Below are positions 55,066 through 60,140 of a stretch of DNA of 60,140 bases, in pieces (position 1 is the stretch's first letter; every line of letters begins with the position of its first letter). A model generated the notes under the pieces. That model had not been told where the DNA came from and made no database searches. It saw only the letters and a list, made by a program, of their open reading frames with translations. Source of the stretch: a virus. Its lineage: Duplodnaviria; Caudoviricetes. The stretch lies in the IMG/VR virus record IMGVR_UViG_3300049070_000179, positions 1-60,140 of that record; one strand, 5' to 3'. Position numbers and translations under genes: made by a program.

Positions 55066-57807
55066 ATGATACAATTTGAACTCAAGCGTTACCTCCATGA
55101 TACCCTGCGCTCACATCAGGAGTCTACTCTTAACCAGCTACGCGCCTCCTCTTCCCCTTATATCGTGGCAGAGATGGCTACCGGTGCCGGCAAGTCGTTC
55201 TTCCCCGCTCAGTTGGCTTATGAGGGGACTAAAACTCTTACCCTGGTTAGGACCAAGAGTTTGCAAGCTCAGTACGCGGGCCCTCCCTATGAAGCTTCTG
55301 TAGTTACTGGTAAGGGCAACTACCGCTGCAACTATGGCTTAGTACCCGATGCCTCTCTGTGCAAGATGTCTACCAGGGAGCGTAAAGAGTGTGGTTGTTA
55401 TGCAGAGTGTCCGTATTACGTAGCCTGCAATAGGTTTATCAGTAGCCACTTGGGCAGCCTAAACTACTCTAAGTACTTGTTGGAGACTCGCCAAAATGGC
55501 CTAGTACCCGCCTTCAACCCGCAAGTGCTTTTTTTGGACGAGGCGCACCAACTCTCAGATATGGTAATAGACTGGAGTGGCTGTACCTTACCGTGGACTC
55601 CATTCCTCACCCAGTTTACCCAGCCATTGGAACTTAACCCCAAGCTCCCTTCCGTTATGCGGATAAACAAAGCGGTAGACTGGCTCGATGACCTACTAGC
55701 GGAATTGATGCGCCGGGAACCGGGCAAGATCACTCGCAAGAGCACCCAGGAGCAGATCAAATATTATAAGCGGTGGGAGAACCTTGTTCGCAAAGTCGGT
55801 AACACCATTGACCTTGTAGATCAGGGCAGAGAATACTGGTTCGCTGAGTCCAATGCTGAGAAGGGCTTCCGGTTAAAACCCTTGACGGCTCGGTTCCACT
55901 TCAGGCACCTCTTCCGTGCCCCTAAAGTTGTCTTAATGAGCGCCACAGTGGGCAACCCAGCGCCCTTTATGGCTGAACTGGGCATCTATGAGCAATTTGA
56001 GTCCATTATAGTACCCAATATATGGCCCCCACATACACGACCTGTAGTGGACTTAAAAGGCCCTAAGATGAGCTACAAGAATACTGAGCAGGAACTACAG
56101 TATCATGCTGAGGTCATTGGTAAGGCCCTTGATGAGTGCCCAGGCGAGTGGACAGGTATCATTCATACCAATAGCAAGGCAAAAGCTTACAAGTTGCGCG
56201 ACCGACTCCACAAGCTGGTTAGTCGCCCCTTGTGGACCCCACCCCAAGATACCATGATGGGTACTGAGCAACTACTATCTTCTTGGCTCACTTTTAGGCA
56301 GCGCAACCGAGGCGCGATAGCCATTAGTTGGTGTATGTGGGAGGGGGTTGACCTGGGTGAGGATAAAATATGTATAGTTGCTTGGTGTTTAACTCCTGAT
56401 ATGCAACTATTTGGACCTGATGGTTACATCTCAATGGATTCCGCTAAAGTAGGTGATAAAATATTCTCCATTACCAATAAAGGAGAATTCATTGTTGATA
56501 CTATTCAGGATGTAATTAGGCAGGATTGGAAAGGCAAGATATATAATTATAAGTCGCAGTCTTATGATCTGTCAGTAACGGAAGATCATGAAATGCTCTA
56601 TCAGGGTAACTATAAGTCTCCAGAATGGAAGTTTCAAAAGCTGGCTGCTAGGGATATAAAACATAAAGCCTATCTTATTCCAATTGCGCCCAAGGAGTGG
56701 AATGGACGTGAATTAAGTGAATCGTTCTCCTTTGAGCAGTACTTTGACGATGAAACTGTAATATGGATTAAAAGTGAACCTCAGTATAAATACAAAAGAA
56801 CTCTACCAAACTGTTTTAAGTATAATGGTAACAGTGGTATGCACCGCTGCAATTGGCAGGACTTAAAGGAGCTTGATTGGAGACCACCTATAGATTCCAC
56901 ATGCTTCTTTGGTCACAGATTAGGTACTTCTAGCTTAGTACCATACTACTGGAATACGACCGATCTGTTAGAACTAATAGGATGGTTTGTTAGTGAGGGT
57001 AATTCTTTTAGTCAGAGAAGCGAAAGAAGGCAGGGGATAACGATAACTCAGAGTCAAAAAAAGTACCTGAGTGAAATAGTTGACCTGTTTGATCGAATAG
57101 GGCTGCCATTTTGCGTACATCCTAAGACAGATGGAGTTAGTATAGTTACCATGACCTGTAGGATTGTATATCGCGCTATGGTTGATTGGTGCGGCATTGG
57201 TGCAAAAAATAAAAAATTACCAAGTTTTCTATTAGATTCCACAAGGGAACAGATAAGAATAACTTTTGAATCCATGATGAAGGGCGATGGTACTATTAAG
57301 GAAAGTTCTTGGGTCTACACTACGATTTCCAGTAAGCTAAGAGATGATTTTGTTGAAATGGCGCTAAAGCTAGGGTATAGCCCAAGAATAGCTATAATTG
57401 ATAGGCCAAATAGGCAAAGGAAGTACAATATCTCTATTGGTAGGGTCAAGAACAGGGGAACGGTTAGACACAAGGGGGACTTGGTTATATCGGACTACGA
57501 AGGGGAAGTATGGTGTGTAAGAACTACTTCAGGTAATATTTTAGCCTATAGGAACGGCAAATTTGTTTTTACTGGCAATTGTCCTTGGAGCGACTTCGGA
57601 GACTCATATGAGAAGGAGCGCTTTGACTTTGACCCTAAAGCTGCGCTAGGTAGGGTTGCTAATTCATTGGTGCAGGGCTTAGGCAGGACTAGAAGGGGTC
57701 GGCCCCAGGACTATGAGCCAGGAAGTCACTTTGTTGGGATAGCTGACGCGAACTGGACAAGGGTTAAAAGCTTTATGAACCCTTCAATAGTGGAAAGTAT
57801 AGGGTAA
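55066..57807 (+). CDS. DinG/Rad3-like SF2 helicase containing an intein
   Basis: ATGAGKS, four-Cys cluster, LDEAH, LMSAT, EGVD, QGLGR..R. Confidence 0.88.
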   Translation: MIQFELKRYLHDTLRSHQESTLNQLRASSSPYIVAEMATGAGKSFFPAQLAYEGTKTLTLVRTKSLQAQYAGPPYEASVVTGKGNYRCNYGLVPDASLCKMSTRERKECGCYAECPYYVACNRFISSHLGSLNYSKYLLETRQNGLVPAFNPQVLFLDEAHQLSDMVIDWSGCTLPWTPFLTQFTQPLELNPKLPSVMRINKAVDWLDDLLAELMRREPGKITRKSTQEQIKYYKRWENLVRKVGNTIDLVDQGREYWFAESNAEKGFRLKPLTARFHFRHLFRAPKVVLMSATVGNPAPFMAELGIYEQFESIIVPNIWPPHTRPVVDLKGPKMSYKNTEQELQYHAEVIGKALDECPGEWTGIIHTNSKAKAYKLRDRLHKLVSRPLWTPPQDTMMGTEQLLSSWLTFRQRNRGAIAISWCMWEGVDLGEDKICIVAWCLTPDMQLFGPDGYISMDSAKVGDKIFSITNKGEFIVDTIQDVIRQDWKGKIYNYKSQSYDLSVTEDHEMLYQGNYKSPEWKFQKLAARDIKHKAYLIPIAPKEWNGRELSESFSFEQYFDDETVIWIKSEPQYKYKRTLPNCFKYNGNSGMHRCNWQDLKELDWRPPIDSTCFFGHRLGTSSLVPYYWNTTDLLELIGWFVSEGNSFSQRSERRQGITITQSQKKYLSEIVDLFDRIGLPFCVHPKTDGVSIVTMTCRIVYRAMVDWCGIGAKNKKLPSFLLDSTREQIRITFESMMKGDGTIKESSWVYTTISSKLRDDFVEMALKLGYSPRIAIIDRPNRQRKYNISIGRVKNRGTVRHKGDLVISDYEGEVWCVRTTSGNILAYRNGKFVFTGNCPWSDFGDSYEKERFDFDPKAALGRVANSLVQGLGRTRRGRPQDYEPGSHFVGIADANWTRVKSFMNPSIVESIG
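56386..57579 (+). mobile_element. intein with LAGLIDADG homing endonuclease (398 aa)
   Basis: W|CLTPD...VTEDH...LIGWFVSEG...MMKGDG...VFTGN|C. Confidence 0.9.
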
Positions 57808-57811
57808 AAGG

Positions 57812-58108
57812 GTGACCAAACGTGGCAGACACCTAAAAAAACGACAACTTATTAGCAACCGTATCCTTAAAATACTGAAGGCGTCTCAGAAGCGCCTGGA
57901 AGCAATATGTGTCAGAGACGGCCATGAACCCAGTGACTTCTTGGGTTGCTGTAGAAGATGTGGGGAGAAGAACCTTAAGTTTCGATCTTGCCCTCAAGAT
58001 TTATGGTTTTTCCACGAGGAAGGCGCTAACTTTGTCGGGATCGCCGATTCTAACTGGGTACGGGTTAAGCCATTTATGAATAGTTCGATTGTGGAGTCCA
58101 TAATATGA
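57812..58108 (+). CDS. hypothetical protein ending in a duplicate of the helicase C-terminus
   Basis: [23 protein letters not shown] versus FVGIADANWTRVKSFMNPSIVES. Confidence 0.5.
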   Translation: MTKRGRHLKKRQLISNRILKILKASQKRLEAICVRDGHEPSDFLGCCRRCGEKNLKFRSCPQDLWFFHEEGANFVGIADSNWVRVKPFMNSSIVESII

Positions 58109-58461
58109 ACTGTCCCACCTGTCACCAACCCACGCAAGTAACCAACTCACGGCCCGCCCTCCTTAATAATATTGAGGGTATACGTCGCCGGCGCGAGTGC
58201 TCCAAATGTGGCAAGAGATTCAGTACCTTTGAGTACATATGTGATATACCACGTGGCAATGTGCCTAAAAGTGTATTCCATCCCGGATATGATCCCCCCT
58301 CCTCTGCTACTAAGCCTAAAGTGTCTAGCAATGGCAAAGCAGCACCTAAAAAGAACCTTAAGCAAGAGATAACGGAGGCGCTGCGCCGAGCGCGTGCCAA
58401 GATCGCTTTAGAAGAAGATGAGGTAGATCTGAGCGAGTTTGACGACGAGGACTTTACATGA
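58105..58461 (+). CDS. NrdR-N-like zinc-ribbon protein
   Basis: CPTC...TQVTNSR...[18 protein letters not shown], no ATP cone. Confidence 0.75.
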   Translation: MNCPTCHQPTQVTNSRPALLNNIEGIRRRRECSKCGKRFSTFEYICDIPRGNVPKSVFHPGYDPPSSATKPKVSSNGKAAPKKNLKQEITEALRRARAKIALEEDEVDLSEFDDEDFT

Positions 58462-59120
58462 TCTATTTAGCTCCACGAACTCCACCATTTTTTGACGACC
58501 CACAAACCTTTGGGTGCATCTTCTCAACTGCCAAGCAAGTTGGCGGCCAGCAATTGGCATTGGAAGCTGGCTGTAAATGGATATTTGAGAATGGACGTTT
58601 TACCGGTAAATTCCAAGAAGGACGCTGGATCAAACATCTAGAATCCTTACAGCCTTTTGTTGGCACATGTATAGCTATCATAATACCTGACAGACCTTTT
58701 AATGCCCAAGGAACCCTAGAAGAATTTTGGCGCTATCATCATATACCTAAAATGTATGGCTATAAAGTGGCTTTAGTAACCCAAAATGGTATGGCTATCC
58801 AAGCTATCCCCTGGAATGAGATAGACGTACTTTTTATAGGTGGCGACGATAAACATAAGCGCGGACTGGAAGCTCAGACTTTAGCTTTACATGCTAAGGA
58901 ATTGGGTAAGTGGGTACATGTCGGGCGCTGTAACTCAGGTGGTAAATACTTAAAAGATGGTAAAGTGCAGGGCGCGTTACTAAAACACTGGACATGGGCT
59001 GATAGCGCAGATGGCACTACCCTTATTAAGCATCCTAAGCAGCAGCTAGCAAGTATAAAAAGTGGCGTTACCTTGATAAATGAGGGTAACGCCAGCCATC
59101 AATTAGTATTAGTGGAGTAA
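58458..59120 (+). CDS. TGT/DpdA-like barrel protein
   Basis: ENG.F, IPD, VTQNG, LFIGG, WVHVGR.N, DSADGT. Confidence 0.5.
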   Translation: MIYLAPRTPPFFDDPQTFGCIFSTAKQVGGQQLALEAGCKWIFENGRFTGKFQEGRWIKHLESLQPFVGTCIAIIIPDRPFNAQGTLEEFWRYHHIPKMYGYKVALVTQNGMAIQAIPWNEIDVLFIGGDDKHKRGLEAQTLALHAKELGKWVHVGRCNSGGKYLKDGKVQGALLKHWTWADSADGTTLIKHPKQQLASIKSGVTLINEGNASHQLVLVE

Positions 59121-59121
59121 T

Positions 59122-60140
59122 ATGTTGCAACCCAATAGAATCTATGTAGGCCATTGCCTGGACCTTTTGCAGCAACTACCTGACAACTCCATTCATGCTT
59201 GTATCACGAGTCCACCATACTTCAATTTACGCAACTATGGTTTATCACCAAGTAGCTGGCCCGCTGTCACCTTCGCACCAATGGTCGGCCTTCCTACTAT
59301 TACTATTCCAGAGCAAGAATGCTGCCTGGGCCTGGAAAAGGACTTGTGGAGCTATGTAGGGCATTTGGTGGCGATATTTAGGGGGGTTAGAAGAGTGCTG
59401 CATCCCACGGGCGTATTGTGGTGCAACCTCGGAGATTCTTATTCCGGTAGCAATATGACAGGTGGAACAAAAAGTTTAGAGATACATCAGCGAGTAGATA
59501 GAATGTTCAAAAAAGAGAGTGTAAATACCGACTTACCTCCCAAGAATCTCATGCTCATCCCTCACCGGGTAGCCCTTGCCCTACAAGCCGATGGGTGGCA
59601 CTTGAGAAGTGACTGTCCGTGGCTCAAAAAATCGGCTATGCCCGAAAGTGTTACGGATAGGCCATCGAAGGCAACTGAGAATATCTTTTTGCTGAGTAAA
59701 AGTGAGCATTATTTTTATGATGCTGAGGCCATTAAAAAGCCTCAATCAAAAACAACCTTTGACAGATTTGGCAATGGAACTCCCCGAAAGAAGGCTATTA
59801 AGCTAGGAGGTAGCAGTAGGCAAAACGAAAGCTTCAATAACCCTGTCGGGATTCTGCCAAACGGGCGCAACCGTCGTACTACCGACTGGTTTTATGAATC
59901 TCTTGATAGTGCCATAGATCACCTAACAGCTATTCGTGACTCCGGTGGCCTTCTCTTAAGTGAGGATAACCCCGAAGCTTTTTTAATAAATCCACAAAGT
60001 TATAAGGGAAGCCACTTTGCCACCTGGCCTGAGAAGCTGGTAGAACCCTGCCTTTTGTCGTCAACTTCTCAAGAGGGCGTATGTGGAAAATGTGGTGGGC
60101 AGTGGGTGAGGGTGGTTGAAAAGGTAAAAGATTCTCTACC
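59122..60140 (+). CDS. N4-cytosine DNA methyltransferase (beta class), N-terminal part, runs off end
   Basis: CITSPPYF, WCNLGDSY, MPESVTDRP, HFATWPEKLVEPC. Confidence 0.9.
   Translation, partial: MLQPNRIYVGHCLDLLQQLPDNSIHACITSPPYFNLRNYGLSPSSWPAVTFAPMVGLPTITIPEQECCLGLEKDLWSYVGHLVAIFRGVRRVLHPTGVLWCNLGDSYSGSNMTGGTKSLEIHQRVDRMFKKESVNTDLPPKNLMLIPHRVALALQADGWHLRSDCPWLKKSAMPESVTDRPSKATENIFLLSKSEHYFYDAEAIKKPQSKTTFDRFGNGTPRKKAIKLGGSSRQNESFNNPVGILPNGRNRRTTDWFYESLDSAIDHLTAIRDSGGLLLSEDNPEAFLINPQSYKGSHFATWPEKLVEPCLLSSTSQEGVCGKCGGQWVRVVEKVKDSL

Noticed and set aside
57721-58108. Diversity-generating retroelement TR/VR pair
   Set aside because: Differences include T/C and other non-adenine changes, and no reverse transcriptase is present
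58105-58461. True nrdR repressor
   Set aside because: Only the N-terminal zinc ribbon is present; the ATP cone is absent
1-60140. Genome-wide stop-codon reassignment
   Set aside because: Long genes are intact in the standard code, and TAA, TAG and TGA all end coupled genes

Overview
The window looks like an essentially complete, circularly permuted genome of a ~60 kb tailed (siphovirus-type) dsDNA phage. A DNA methyltransferase ORF runs off the right end and its C-terminus is at positions 1-201. Recognisable modules: terminase, portal, protease/scaffold and major capsid (4.7-12.4 kb); a block of six glycosyltransferases plus a SAM methyltransferase wedged between capsid and neck genes (12.9-20.2 kb); neck, tail, tape measure and tail-tip genes (20.4-36.5 kb); a leftward plasmid-like block with MT-A70, a membrane FtsK-like ATPase and ParM (36.5-42.9 kb); early cassettes with near-consensus sigma70 promoters, tRNA-Ile(UAU) and tRNA-like RNAs (43-45.7 kb); and recombination/replication genes including a D5-type helicase, an iteron origin and an intein-bearing DinG-like helicase (45.7-60.1 kb). 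I found no integrase and no endolysin. The strongest novelty candidates are (1) two unrelated enzymatic effectors (an ADP-ribosyltransferase and a JAB/MPN domain) in the morphogenesis operon that share a ~45-aa N-terminal leader, suggesting a leader-directed virion cargo system, and (2) a probable virion glycosylation locus with a candidate T/S-G-S/T sequon in the structural proteins. A Chloroflexota host is a tentative inference. All calls are from motif reading by eye; no searches were run.
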